Below are positions 28,951 to 43,134 of a DNA stretch of 64,000 bases, in pieces. Below the pieces are notes generated by a model. The model was given only the letters and a program-made list of their open reading frames with translations. It made no database searches and was not told the DNA's origin. The stretch's first letter is position 1; every line of letters begins with the position of its first letter. Made by a program: the position numbers and the translations under genes. The DNA is taken from assembly GCF_964204645.1 (NCBI RefSeq), contig NC_134025.1, forward strand, positions 13,640,001 to 13,704,000. The letters are read 5' to 3'. The stretch comes from Tubulanus polymorphus (lineage: Eukaryota > Animalia > Nemertea).

Positions 28951-29750
28951 CTGAGGCTAAAGCACTAAATACCAAGTCTTATTTTGATTTAACTAGTATC
29001 TGCACATTAATCATTCTACATTCCACTGTGAGGAAACACTTGGATAATTTTTCATACCGGCATACTCTGTAACAACATTTGACGTATATTTGTTAGAAAC
29101 GATTACGGTACATCATAAATAACATGTACATGGAATCAGAAATTACATGCATATCTATAAAAATTCTCAAGAATGTCTCCTTTTTTAGCTGTTTCTAAAA
29201 CAAATGACTTGAATAATGAGTTTCAGTATAAATAAGAGACAATATTATATAAAATACATAGGGCCTATATGAAACATCAATTTGAAATATCAACATCATG
29301 CATTAGGGTGTTAAGACAATATCTTTTTTATTAATGGTGTTTCACTCGTAAGTCAAATGCATATACTTCACGTACTCATGTCGAAGACGATAGATTTCAT
29401 CCATTTCTAGTACATTCGTTTGGTCCACTCAGGAAGCCCCAGGGTTAAAGCGTTCATTTTCACAGTCATGTACTTCAGCTCATTCAGCTTGGAGGTGAAA
29501 CATTTTACATTAAATACTGATATGTACGTAAAACGTAAGTATGAAGTAAAGTTTCACCTCTATTTGCTGACATACAAATTTGGTGAATATTGAACGGCAT
29601 CTCTGGCGAGGCACTTGCAATGGCCCACTGTACTGCATTTGTTTTTGTTACAGTACCCAAATAACAGTAAGGTAGGAAATTTGATTCGAGCGACATCTGA
29701 GTTGGATGGTATAGAATTCATGTATAGTGTCAGCATAACAATTCAATATA

Positions 29751-29915
29751 GGGGTCATTCATTATTACGTACGCATTAGGGGAGGGGGAGGTGTCAAGCG
29801 CAATTGCGTACTGTTATGCTTAATGTATATGAAAAAATGGCCGATGTTTCGTACAGAGGGGGAGGTGGGGTTGAAAAATTCAAATTTTATGCGTACCTAA
29901 TAAATGAATGATCCC
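29751..29915. mobile_element. PIF/Harbinger-like MITE
   Basis: TIRs GGGGTCATTCATTATTACGTACGCA / TGCGTACCTAATAAATGAATGATCCC; 3-bp ATA flanks. Confidence 0.7.
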
Positions 29916-31425
29916 ATACCTGGATTTTAATGGATCTTACTTGAGCAGAGTCTACAGCACCAGGTATATGCTGTACATAAGTGCAATGTAAAAAATCATG
30001 CGAAATATAAAAATTCATTATCATACATTTCCTATTATCTGGTCATAATTAGCTCAAAAAACTGACAATAGGTAAACTATTACATGTACCATAAACATCA
30101 AATGTTGATACGGTAGTTGGTCTAGATTTCAATCATCGTTGACTAGCTTAACTTTTCATAAAATCGTAGCTAAAATATAAGAATATCAACACTTTTCTTG
30201 ATCTTTAGATACTTGCAGTGAGGCCAATTATTGGCCATTGTTGCAGATCATTGTCACTGGCAGTGAAGTAACATAATCCATATATGTACAATAGAAGGCG
30301 AAAGGGTATAATCGATTTCAATAATAAAGTTTAATCTGTTTTGTAACAGTATTTTTAAGACAACTGCTTGTGTATGGATTATATCCTTACACACGTACAG
30401 TAATTAACATAACACAGAAACTAAGGAACCTGTGTCATACAGGAACCTCAAATTTAAATCGTATCATTCTATAGTTATTGTCCAACTGGGGAATATATGA
30501 GACTTCTACAGAGACATTAACGTGGATAAAAATATATTATGGCAGGGCTCATAGCCTTTAGATTTTCCATGGCGCGTAGTACCCATCACCATTTGCCTAA
30601 TACAATAAGGGTTATATTCATCTCTGAGGTTCCGCTTATAAATTTCTACAAAATAAGAAATGAAAGGTTTTCCATCAAAAAAAAAAATAAATTGTTGAAA
30701 TTGTTGTATTTTCTCTCATATTTCCAGCGGCGTAGCTACCGGTGCGGTTGGTCCGACATATGAGGGATCAATAATTACCAAGGTGGTTCTTCTGATTCAT
30801 TCAAATTTGCATTAAAAGATTTGGAAGGGGGTTAGGTTAGGATTCGATTATTCTCGAAATCAGTCCTGTGAACTGCATCGGGGCCAGAAATTATTTTCGC
30901 ATTGCCTGATCGCAGCATTTCATCATTTATCGCATCTGGCAATCGAATGCACGTGAGCAAGGTGAAGGTGGTTGTTTTCTAGGGATTCGAACCTTACTGA
31001 TCTCACTATATGTATGACATACACAACAAACGATCGACCGCGCGTGACAGCTGTCTTGTCTTATTTTGTCATTAGTTAATGCTGGAAAATGGGCCTCGGA
31101 TGCCCCTAGAACCCCTTGAAATTTTCTTGGGGGAGGTAATTGATTGAAGTCAGATCATTTGGACGGGATTGCAGATACTTCTATTATTGCCTATTCCAAT
31201 CACAGAACCTATCGTGAATACAGTCAACTGTCATTTTTTCATTTTTACAGCATACATTGTTTCTTTAGGGTACTTACACCATGACAATGATTTGTATGTG
31301 TTAGCATTGTTTTGTCACGGGTAACTACAGGGATCCACAATTTTGGCGTAAGTCTATGACTGCTATGAACCCTGATACAATATTTTCTTAATGGCACAAT
31401 GTTTAACAAAGTATCAGAATCCGTG

Positions 31426-31691
31426 CTATAATGTACAAAACGTTTGTTTCTGTTCTTCATATTCAACATCAATAGCTCGAATCTGCTCGACATAATGAAG
31501 GATCTCTTCTGACACTTCAATTTTCTTGTCCTGCATATATTTTTTGCTGTTCTCCTCAAGTATCTCAATGGGATTCACAAAGTAACAATAGTTTGCCATG
31601 ATTCCGCATGATGCATTCAGACCGCGACGTGAATTATCACCTAACCAGTTTAATCGCCACAAAACGGCACCATTCTTTAAGTGGAAATTTG
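31426..31691 (-). CDS. MLYCD: Malonyl-CoA decarboxylase, last coding exon (ANFHLKNGAVLWRLNWLGDNSRRGLNASCGIMANYCY...FCTL-stop)
   Basis: Catalytic His motif ANFHLxNGA; tttcag acceptor phase 1; 266 nt. Confidence 0.95.
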
Positions 31692-33169
31692 CTGAAAGTA
31701 AAAAGAAAATCTTTTAAAGGACCAAACAATGCAGGGGTGAACCTGGGAAGAAAGGGGGTCTAGAAGAAAAGAAAAGAAATGTCAAATATGCCACTTGGGG
31801 GCCTACCCTCAGTGTAAGGCTTAATAAAGGTCCAATGGCCCTGTGGCTCACCATCAAATCATTGAGTGTATATTGTCAAAAATATTATACTAACTATAAA
31901 TTAATTTGGATTGCAATCGAATGTAGAATAGATTACCGAATTAAAACCATCAACTGACGATATGCTGCACAAACTCTTCAAAAAACAAGTTTTGATTCTA
32001 AATCTAATCACTTCATTAATTCTTAGCCCCTTATTACACGATTAATACATACAAGATATCATTATACTCGCAATTTCCAGATTTTATCATCCTTGAATTA
32101 AATCAAAATACGCGCGTGGCGCACGTCTCCTAGTCTCATCTGGGTTTGTTTTTACAGCACGCGTGTGATAACTATACTGTTACGTTACTGTAGCGATATA
32201 TAAGGGTCTATGTGTGTAGACTAGCTCCCACCTCTAAATCAGTGTTGAAAAACCTGATTGTTGATTAGATGAATAGCTGAGAGCATTCCACTGCCTGCTA
32301 TTGTCTACAGACTATTAAGTCCATTATAAATTTCTCTCCGCTCACAACTAAAATTGAATAGAGTAGAGCAATAACACGGTTCACAAAAAAGCCGATGGCC
32401 ACGGTTAAACCGTACGGGTTAGCAGGTTTTTAAGGCATTGACAAGACAAATCTAAGTCAAAACTCCATTGGTATCGTCATACTTGCTAGTTCGGATACTG
32501 AATTGAATAGCCTACTCGGTTATATTCGTAACACCGAACAAATTATAAGCGAACATACGATACCAAATCAAATGAAATGCTCGCCATTTTGTTTTGGGTT
32601 CAACATTGGGCTTTCCCAATTACATCAAAAGCGCCGAAATTCCAGGAATTTATCCCACAAACAACCAATCACATTCATTGTAGCTCAGGTAACAAGGTCA
32701 ACTCAGATAAATAGAAGCGAGAAAATTTAGAGGGCCTGTTGGTCGAAAAGTACATTGAAATGAGTCGCAAAAAAAAGGCAACACTTCCAGGAAGGATTGA
32801 GCTTTTATATTATTTATGTTCCAAGTATGCAAATTGTCATATGTAAATACTTGCCATTACTTTTGGTTTTACGTGTTTTTCAAGAATAAGTCCCCTAAAA
32901 ATAATTCGATCACTATAGAAAAATTTGTGGGCTTGAGAACTCATTAAGCCAAACCATGAAACCAAATATCAACACATTGAATCAATAGCCAATGTTTGTG
33001 CCTTGTTGACACACCAGTACTGTTTTCATTTTCAATGAAAACTGCTTCACCAGACCGTTTGCATAAGCAAACCTATGGTTCGCCAAAAACAAGAATTACA
33101 GCTTATGGCATTAAATACCCCCCTTCCCCCCCACTTCGTAAGAATTAAAGTCACACACCCTATCTTAAC

Positions 33170-33863
33170 TCAAACAAAGAAATTCAAGATGGCTGTCCTG
33201 GGGGCAATATTTGATGACTGCTAACCTCTATTTGAATAGGGGTGGACATCTCATCTACCCCAATGCTCACACTGAATTTCATGAAAATCAATCAAGAAAT
33301 GTAGGCCATATATAATGGCTGATGACCTCAATTTTCATCTTACCTGCCAAAACTGTCACTAATTTTTGTGAAAATCCATCAAGAATTATAAGCTGTATTG
33401 TGCAAACTAAAAATTCAAGATGGCTGCCCTGGTGGCCACTCAATGGCCCATAACCTCCATTTTCAATAGGGGTGGAAACGTGCCCCAATCACCACCAGGG
33501 AGACATAATGAAATATGTTTCTTTTACACTGATCTGAAGTCGTTACTTTTTCATGTACTGAGCACCCCCTGGTGGCCACATGGAATACCATGTGACCTTG
33601 AAACTTTGCACAGGGGCTTAGCATTCCACGAACTACATATCCGCAACACATTTTCATTATAAAATCTGCTTCATTTAGAAGTTTATCTGACATCATCTTT
33701 TTCATGTATCAAGCATCGGGACAAACATATGCTATGTGTTGAGTTACAAGAGAGAGCCAGCAGTTTAGGAGATCTCCGCACAAGATTGTGTCTACGGACG
33801 GACACCCGATGACCTGACTCCAGTATACCTCCCCCCCTACACTTCGTTGAGGAGGTATAAAAA
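33170..33863 (-). mobile_element. Degenerate Helentron-type element (third family)
   Basis: Minus-strand 5' end TTTTATACCTCC...GGAGGTATAC followed by GTCCGTCCGT; internal tandem units starting AATTCAAGATGGCTG. Confidence 0.55.
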
Positions 33864-35006
33864 TCTTAGAATTCATTACTGACCATCCAGATTTTGACTC
33901 TAAGAGACTTTCAGGTCAATGCCACTCAATCCAAGATGACTGCCATAACTAAATTTTTACCTTTTGGACAGAATAATCTGTATTTTCATTAAAAATAATG
34001 GGCTAAGTGGTTTACCACAGCCTTATGAAATGGAAAGTTGAACTGATTAAATGAAGTTCAAAATATATCAGAGTAAAAAAGAAACTGTTGGCGATGATAA
34101 ACAGTTATCCCGGAGTTGGCACTCATGGCATTGTCAGTTAACTTCCTCAAAAGGGAAGAACAGTTATACAACTTATGGGCAGTAGCCAGAACCAACAACC
34201 AACTTACCCAACAGGCAGGTAGATGCATTGTATTGTAACAAAACATATAAAAATCATTCACATAATGGGTGATTACAATATTTATACATGATATGAGATG
34301 TTACAATATCACAGATGGGTTTCCAAAGGAAGCAGCACTTGTATTTCATGTACACCCATGCCAATGCCAACTTGGAATCATGCGTCAAGTGGTTCACTCA
34401 GCCACAGCCCACTCAGTTAACGTGTGGCCATGAGGTCATCGATTTTCAGGAACCCTAGCGCCATAACAACATGCAAAATTCAACAAGTATCTGGTAGGCT
34501 GGACACCACGATTACTAATTCAAGATAAAGCACTGTTGTAAATCCTTTGGAAAGTTAAAGAGCAAATGCTGTAAAAATAGAATATTGTGTAAAAGTTATT
34601 TTCAAATGTGGTATATTCACAAATATGCAACTGGTTTGAATTTTAGTTCAGCCATTACTGAGAAATACGACTTTTAAACCGGCAATTCCAGCACGTGCTC
34701 ACCGTTATTGTTTATGTAAGCAGGTGTTTCTGATGCCATCCCTGACAAACGCTCACGGCTTCCAGTCATTTCACTAGACATTTTATGCAATATTTTATCG
34801 TTTTGGGAGTGATTTGAATTAATAAACTCTTACCATTGTATACAGTTGCTACCGTTGTATATGACATGATATGGTAAATAAGTGAGTAGCGCTGTAGGTC
34901 TGTGAATATGGTGAACAAATTATGTTTATTTTTTCAATTATACATAGGCTACACATACAAGCGCGCACATGTGCTTGTGTTGATTGTCATAGATAACATC
35001 AAAAAT

Positions 35007-38000
35007 TACAATTTTTGGAACTAAAATTTGTATTTCCGAGTAGTACTTACCCATTCCTATGGTTGCTGGTTCCTTGCCAATATTTTCTGAATTTGGATTG
35101 ATCGCCGATGGTTTTTCAATACGACCCGGCCCTGTGGTATTGCATTTAGCCACCGGCGAAATCCGCAATCTTTTTATGCCATAGCAGACCCAAAAATGCA
35201 GCTATGCGGGGCAGGTGGGCGGGATTCCCACCATAGGAAAGGCTAAGTACTACTCGGAAATACAAATTTTAGTTCCAAAAATTGTAGTATTTCCGTCGAT
35301 TACTGCACCCTTTCCTATGGTTTTGCTAGACTAGCCTAGCACAAGGATGGTGGGAAAGGTAGATTGAAAAACCACCGCTCAAACGCAAGGTAAGAGGAAA
35401 AAAAGAGAGCACTTACTCAAGCACGCAATAGAGCACTGTAGCACAGGGAAGACTGATTGGCCACAGTGAGTCCGTCCAGCTTGAGGCCCCCGAATTTGGC
35501 AAAATTATTACTCGCGAACATGAGCTCAAACTATGTACATGGATACACCCCTCGTGATCCTGATAATGCAACATAAAAATTTACGCTAAAGAGTCCGATC
35601 CGAAAGAACGGACACCTTGAGCCATAACAACAGGACCAAGCGACGCTAATGAGCCTAACTGGCCTGACACATCCCGTAAATAAAAGGACGTGAATGTCGA
35701 CAGACTTCTTCCAAAGGAGCACCAGAAAAAGGCTGCACAGGAAGTAGCCATAGACCTCACTTGATGAGAAACAACTCCCTCCGAGGAAAGATTCTCTTTC
35801 AATAAAATGTCCTTGATCAGTGAAGAGACCCATCGGGCCACTGTGTCCCGAGAAATATCACCCTTCAGGTGATCCAACAGCGGAATAAATAACTGCTCCC
35901 GCGTACCCCTTCGTGGAGCAATCTAAATAGAAACGCGACGCGTGTACAGAGCATAACGTCCTGTCCGGAAGACCCGGTTCCACTCGATGTTTTAGGGCTT
36001 CAATTCACATTGACGACCGACATTGGCCATTGGTTCTTTGACGAAACAAGCCGCAGCGAAACAAATTCCTTTCGCTGGCCGAAGAAAATACGACCTTGTC
36101 GAACTGAATGTGCATGAATCTCAGAATGACGAGCAAGCCAAGAACAGCAAGAATACAGTCTTTTTTGACAAATTCGCAAATGACACTGCCGAAAGAGGTT
36201 CAAATGGAGCCTCCGTTAACTTCTTCAAAATTACTGACAGATCCCAGGGTGGAACTATCCTCGGTACCCGAGGCCGGGAAACAGAAAACCCTATAACTAG
36301 CTGCGATATCCGATGATCCGCTGTTACGTTTGGCCGTCCAGAAGCCTTTAATAGTTATAACCTGCAGACCTTTTACAACAAATAGATGCAGTAAAAAATC
36401 TGCCAATTTAGCTACAGAGGGTGAGCATGGATCAATTTCCCCTGTAGCGCACCAATCTGCAAAATGACCCCATTTGGCATCATAAATGGTACTTGTCGAT
36501 GGCCGCTTAGATCCTGCGATAAAGGAGGCAGCCTGTTCCGGAAAGCCTGAAGCTGACAAGGATCGCTGGTCAATGGCCAGGCAATCAGATTTAACCACTG
36601 GCTGTTCGGATGATGCCCAAAGTTCCCCCGAGACAAAATCGATGGGAAATTCGGAAGAATCCTGTGGTTGTCGCACAGAAGGTTGAGAAGTGGTAGGAAC
36701 CATTTCTGCGATGGCCAACATGGTGCTACCAGAACTATGTTGCAATTGACTGATCTCTCCATTTGATCCAGCAAGCGCGGGAGAACTGGTGTGGGCGGCA
36801 ATGCATACGCATGCATCCCCGACCAATCCAGAGAGAAGGCGTCGACCCCCACGCTTCCGCGTCTGGAAACTGGGAAACAAACAGTGGACACCTCCGATTG
36901 AAACGGGTGGCAAACAGTTGCCGAACATGTCTCGAACCCGATTGGCTACTTCTTGGTGGAGAACCCATTCTGTCGCAATAGCCTGACCTCGATGAGAAAG
37001 AGCATCGGCCATCACGTTCCTTTTCCCTACTAAATGTGCCACAGTCAAGGAAACCTGGCACCAAAGAAGAATTTTGGCTGACAGATCCATGAGGGTTTCT
37101 GAGTGAGTGCCCCCCTTGATTCTGAAGGTTCTCACTGTTGAATTGTCCGTGGCTAACCAAAAGTGATGGCCCTCCACTCTCCTGTGAAAGAACTTCAGGG
37201 CCTTCCACACGGCTAGCATTTCCAGGAAATTCATGTGGTTGGTGGCCTCGTAGCCCGACTGGAGCCTCTAACGAGGCCAGTGACACCCCGCGACGAAGAT
37301 TCGTAGTTTTCACCCACCATAGAAGATCTGGACCTAGATCGGTTGGAGATACAGGAATCAAGGTCTCCCAGTTGCCCTCCGACTGAGACCAGAAGACCTT
37401 CCAATATTGTTGCAAGCGCCAGCTTCTGAGGCGGCTTAAGGGCACCACCAGACCCATCAAGCTTATGGTGCCTAGATGCCGTGACCAGTAACGAGCTGTT
37501 CTCTGGGTTGTGGAAACTCCCGCTACAGCTTCTTGAAGTTTGGCTAGTCGAGCCATGGACGGAAAGACTTTGCCGATTCGGAGATAGAATTCCATGATAG
37601 AAGTGAACTGTTGGACCGGCGTCAACTGAGATTTTTCTGTTTACGCGGAACCCTAGCTGATGGACTAAGTCCAAGACTGAGGTCATTGTGGAGCTCTCAG
37701 TAATGAATTGGACACCATATCTGGTAGACGAGCTTTGGAACTGGAGTCCATAACTGACTGACGGGAGGCTAAAACAAGATTAGCCTGACCCCGAACCGAC
37801 AACGGAATGACATGTGAAACAGACCGAACCAAAGATTGGATAATCCGGTCCATTCCCTCTAGTTTTAGGGCAACTGACTCTGGGTCGGAGACCCCATGGA
37901 CGGCAGCGAGTGTTTCGCGAAGCTCGCCTGTCAACACCACAAGTGCCTTATCCTGAAACGAACCAACCCTGGTAAGATTGTCCAGGACTGACATCATGGC

Positions 38001-39901
38001 CACCAAACCGAACTTAGGCAAACAAGTACCTGACTGTGCTGAACCAGTATCTGGGCTGATCAAAGTATAATCAGCATCCAGGCAGCTATGACTATGATCC
38101 ACAGCACCTGGAGTTGCAAAATACGCCAAGCGAAATGCGCCTATAGGCAGATCCGTTGAACTTAAATATTTTTCCAGATTTCATACCCCGCTCTGGAGGG
38201 GGAAACGAAAACGTTCCAGGCGACATTCACCCCATCATTGCATATCTATTCAAGCCCATTCTCTTGAAACCACTGACGATTCGCGTAAAACATTAAGATC
38301 AGAGTCCAGAGGGCGATAAGCTTCTATTGACTCACCGAACAGAGGAGCCGCTGTGGGCTTAGCGCAAGTTGCTCCGTGTTTGTCAAAAAACTCACTAATC
38401 ATTGCTCTAAATGGCATGTCCCCTGCGGGTTCGGATAAACTGAACGAGAGGGAGAAAGGTTGCAAGCCAGGGAAGTCCCCATTGAATGGGGCAACCCAAA
38501 ATTGCTTGCGGCAGGAACGACACCAGAAAGAATTGCCGCTTCTGGGACCGGATCCTCATTGAAATCAGGCCCTACCCCAGCATCCAGGAATTCAGAGTCA
38601 GAATTCCAAATAACTGAGTGGGCTGGCGAACTTCTAACCGGACAATCAGGAATAGGCTTACCTGTTGTAAAAGTCGCAGTAACGAATTGTTGTGATGACG
38701 ATAACAAGTTTAAAATTTTTGCTTCGGAAATCCTTCTGAGTCAGGAATTTTCCCATACCCCGACGATCATGACGACTTCAGTGATGGTCCCTCGAATGGT
38801 ATCAAGACCTGCTAGAAGAATCACCTTCTTTCCTAACCGACGTCGACGAACGATGAGGCAACTGCCGGCCAAACTTTGTGCAACAACGATCGTAATCCCT
38901 CTTGCGATCTATCCTTGAACTGCGAGAAGATTACGTTCACGGCATCTGGACCTGTTGGGGGAGCGAGCTCTATCCCCGGAGCGACAAACGTCAGAATCAG
39001 ACGAACCGCACACCGATGACCGAACCGGAAGTTCAGAACTGGGTGACATCTGGACCGGATTGGTGCCCGAACCGGACCAGTACCGACGGTCGGACCGGTG
39101 CCATCCTGCTTGTGCCGGTATCTCGACTACCGCGGCCGAGTGCGCTTGGTCCAGATCCTGTAGTCTGAAACAAGCTGAACCGGCTGAACTGGTGATCGAC
39201 CAGCGACCGGTGATTGACCGGAGACCGGTACCAGAGAACTAGCGTTCCTCCCCGGTGAATAGAGTTGGGAAGCCGACCGTGCAAGTACAGCCGGCAACCG
39301 CTCCGCTTTACGATTTGAAATCGAATTAAAGACGTCGATGGGCACGTCGGCCGAAACCGACGAATCTCTGCTATTAACGCGACGACGAACTTTCAGTTTC
39401 CGAACCTTATCGCCCGAATCCAAAGGTCCTCGGACCAAACCTCGCAAGTCTTGCAAGGATTACTCCTGGAGCAGATTTGCTCAGATATACCCCTACAGGA
39501 CGCACACGAAACACCGATTATCCCTCCCCGCCACGATGCTGACCTCTAGGAGGGGCGGCATTATTATTCAATTAATTGTTCAACAATAATGAATTCAATT
39601 AAATCAAATTAAATTAAATTAGTTAAATTATTTCGGGGAAAAAGAAACAAGGGATAACCCCAAAACCGAACAGCTCACCATTACGAGTGACAATTCCCTT
39701 AACTTCCTAAATCCCTTTATTTTTGGCGAAAAATCCAACGTGTTCATGTGCAAGAACGCCAAGAAAAAAGATCGCGGCTTTTGCCGGTGGCTAAATGCAA
39801 TACCACAGGGCCGGTCGTATAGAAAAACCATTGGCGATCAATCCAAATTGTGAAAATATTGGCAAAAACCATAGGAATAGGTAGAGAACTCGAGGGAAAT
39901 A
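35007..39901 (-). mobile_element. DIRS-type tyrosine-recombinase retrotransposon, degenerate, in last MLYCD intron
   Basis: ITRs about 35052-35175 and 39764-39885; ICR about 35230-35325; Gag zinc finger CASCR..CSRSNPCKTCEVW; RNase H NFLEMLAVWKAL, ATDNSTV, HLVGKRNVMADALS; methylase VDAFSLDWSGMHAYALPP..LVAPCWPSQKWF; recombinase STIYDAKW, ARHSEIHA, HQVRSMATS, TFTSFYLRD. Confidence 0.93.
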
Positions 39902-40470
39902 TAGCGCCACCGTGGGTTGAATGTGAACTATACGCATGGAGTGAAAGATAAATAAATGACTAATTCACGGCTAATTCGAGCAACTTTTTTGGATAAGTCA
40001 GATCTCAGGTCATTATACATATATTAAGTTTCTTCTGGTTAAGAAATTGCGGAAAGCTAAATTTTGACAGCATTTGCCCTTTAATACATAATACGAGATT
40101 TGGAGAGGATTTGACATCAAAGCCTTTTTCATCGAAGGGCTACTATAAATAGATGTTCATCCCTTCACCTTGTATTATGAGTACCATAATGTTCAAACTT
40201 CATTTAAATTTAGGACTTTATTGCAGAGCTGTGCAAAAAAGTTTTTGTTATGCAATCCCCTGCCGCCCCCGTTCCGACGGCTCTGTATTGTGAAGCACTG
40301 ATGATGAAAACCAATATCAGCTATAATGTCTTGAGACTAACCTCCATCTAAAATGTAGTTTCTGAACAGAATATTCATTGGTCTGTTCCATCAATATGAA
40401 TCACATTTTGTCATGTGATTTTCTGACATTGACATTGAGTTACATCACTAAATCACTTTAAGCAACTTAC

Positions 40471-40707
40471 CAACTGGATTTATTGGGTAACCACGCCGTT
40501 TCTCGATGTACAAGTACTTCACGCACAATCTTATTAATGGCTCTTTCAGCAGTTCCGGAATACCTTTGAGCATCAACCAGGAATTATCCAGAAGACACTT
40601 TCGTAAATCTTCAAATATCGTTTGCGACATAGATTTTGGAATGCACTGAGAAAATTGTGACAGTTCAGTTTTAGAGAACAACACTGTACTCGGATGCTCT
40701 GCTACTT
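40471..40707 (-). CDS. MLYCD: MLYCD coding exon 8 (...LKEPLIRLCVKYLYIEKRRGYPINPV)
   Basis: Matches human [26 protein letters not shown]; 237 nt phase 1-1. Confidence 0.93.
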
Positions 40708-41047
40708 CTGAAATAGCCATGGATTAAAAAGTGTTATTGTTAGTTATTAGTACCATCTTTAGGGAGCATTCATGAAGTGGGTATGTACCGGTAATTCTCA
40801 TTTCAGATGTAAGATTGGCAAAATTCCCAGTGTGTATGGCAATTTCTCATCATATAATGCTGCATCTATGCTAATTTTTACAGCATCTATACAGCGGTAC
40901 ATGCATTCGATTTTCCAATCAGTGACATGTAGTTCATTATTTCATACATGTTGCACCACTGGTAGTATCATACCACTATAAGTGGCTGAGCATATCAAAA
41001 CCAGATGCAAACCTGCACAAAATCCAAAAATCCAAAGTTAGAACTTT

Positions 41048-41307
41048 CGGTGTTGCCAGCACCTAGCTATAATATTTCCGGAAATCAAATTCAAGATCAT
41101 TCCCCGTACCTTAATGCTGAAAAACGGCTTTTGTGGCCTGTAACGTGGCGCCACCTAGATTGTTTTGTTATGCTAATGAATAGGTCACGACGTCATAGCA
41201 ACACGTCTCTGAGAGTCCGCGAAGCAGTTTTTCAGCATTACATGAGCGTAAAGAAATTTTTTTTGAAAGTTTTGATTCCGGAAATTTTTGGAAGTCTGGC
41301 AACATTG
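41048..41307. mobile_element. MITE with 6-bp TSD
   Basis: TIRs CGGTGTTGCCAG / CTGGCAACATTG flanked by AACTTT twice. Confidence 0.7.
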
Positions 41308-41595
41308 AACTTTTCAAATTGGCTTATTTTTGAACTACCTTTGCAGATTTTGTGGTTTGTTTTATAATGTATTGTATTTTCTCATGTGACGTTAAGCGCA
41401 GATAGTTTTTTATAGTTCTACTCTATACAATCGAATAAATTAACATCATCATTATCATAATTATAAGTCAGAAAGAGCCTAAGGTAGAGTCTTACTGCAG
41501 TTGTCAACATGAACTATTGACCTCCAGACCAGTGCTCCCAACCTTATGTGACAATCAGTATTTCTGTGCAATATTTGTATGAATGTAGATCATAC

Positions 41596-41754
41596 CTTCC
41601 ATGTGTTTTTGTTTGTTCATGAGATCTATCAACCAATCTTTGAACCCTGGAATTGGTGACAGACTTGCAAACTGATGCATGTGAGGAAATTCCGTCCTTA
41701 ATGCTGACACAGCCTGTTTGATTATGTTGTTACCATGTTCTATTCCTTGGAGCC
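41596..41754 (-). CDS. MLYCD: MLYCD coding exon 7 (GLQGIEHGNNIIKQAVSALRTEFPHMHQFASLSPIPGFKDWL...)
   Basis: Catalytic Ser motif SLSPIPGF; 159 nt phase 1-1; GT-AG. Confidence 0.95.
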
Positions 41755-41847
41755 CTGAAGATTAAGAAATTTCAAAGTTCAGAACAAAGAATGAATCCGA
41801 CGCCTTCCTATATAAATCAACATCATGTATGAGGATAAATTAATTAC

Positions 41848-41950
41848 CTTTCTGTGTTGATGTGATCGAGTAAAATATGGCAGTATTGATATTGCTTGGA
41901 TTTTCAGATTCAGATTTATGGCCATTCTGTTGAACAGGTTCAACAATAGC
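41848..41950 (-). CDS. MLYCD: MLYCD coding exon 6 (AIVEPVQQ...INTAIFYSITSTQK)
   Basis: AIFYSI motif; 103 nt phase 0-1. Confidence 0.95.
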
Positions 41951-42091
41951 CTAAAAAAGAAGGATTTTTCTATTAACGAAGCAAGTTCTACAGGTATGAG
42001 CTAAAATTTTACTATACAGGGTAGTTGAATCATTTAAAATGAATCAATTTGACTCAAACCTAACATTTGTGGACCTAAGTCTCTAGTTTAC

Positions 42092-42256
42092 CTGAATATT
42101 TGATGATATTTCATTGGTTAAAGCAGTATGAAGTACAACAATTGGTTCATCTGGTAAACACATGTGTGTGAATACATAACAACGTCTGTAAGAGCCAAGC
42201 CTCCACCTCAAATCAACTTCACTTTTTATTGGATGGACAGCTTCATATTCTGATAT
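42092..42256 (-). CDS. MLYCD: MLYCD coding exon 5 (ISEYEAVHP...YRRCYVFTH...[21 protein letters not shown])
   Basis: EAVH and EP.VVLH motifs; 165 nt phase 0-0. Confidence 0.96.
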
Positions 42257-42887
42257 CTTAAACAAAATAGATATTCATATATTCTATACAACATAGAAAG
42301 AGTTCCAGTGGCAGATCCAGCCTACCCCGAGTACCACTTGAGCAGGACTCAAGATTTCCATCACAAAATTTTCTATAAAGTCAATGTTTGCCTGCATGTG
42401 ACTTAACAGACATATATCATGTTAACTCTCTCCGATACTTGTCGCACATGATACCTAACTGATTCGGTGCTCCATTGGCACTCTAGAGTTACAGCTTACC
42501 GATTCGTTTTTATTGTAATTCCTGTTTAAAATTTCTGAGATTGCGTCCGAGAGCACCTAAAATTTCACATTTCTTTGGGGGAAGACCCCCAGGGCGTCAG
42601 ACCTTCAGCTACTCAGGAGACACAATATCGCTTTGATGGCCACTAGTCTTTAATGTGGTACTCATTGCATGTTAATGAATATTTATCAAATCCTTTGATT
42701 CAGTGCGATATAGTGAAATTATCACTGACTGTATTCTTTCCTGTGAGCAAAAAACTAGCCGGCCCTGTCAGAATAAAAATGGTCGACAGGCGGGGCCATT
42801 GTTATTCGCTGAAATTAGTCAGTTTTTGGTCTGTAGATGTGTCTAGGGTAAATACACGTTTAAACGTTATAGGCTATCAAGGCAATC

Positions 42888-43134
42888 CTGGGAGGATCCA
42901 GGGGAGATTTCAGGATGTCTGGAATCCACCCCTGAAAAAAATTTCTTTTTCTTTTAAAACTACTATTCCAAATGATTCCAAAAAAAATCAGTAATAACTG
43001 CTTCGTCACTGAATGCTAGATTTCACTGGTTAAATGCAGGAAAATATATCAGGAGGCTTCTATTTTTCATAGAAAACACTGCTGATTAATTCTAACCTTG
43101 AAATCCCCCCATGTCTAATCCTGGTTCGCCCCTG
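42888..43134. mobile_element. CAGGGGCGGATCC-type MITE with 5-bp TSD
   Basis: Imperfect TIRs CTGGGAGGATCCAG / CTGGTTCGCCCCTG flanked by CAATC twice. Confidence 0.6.

Noticed and set aside
38353-39589. Several plus-strand ORFs in a GC-rich region
   Set aside because: Antisense shadows of the DIRS gag region
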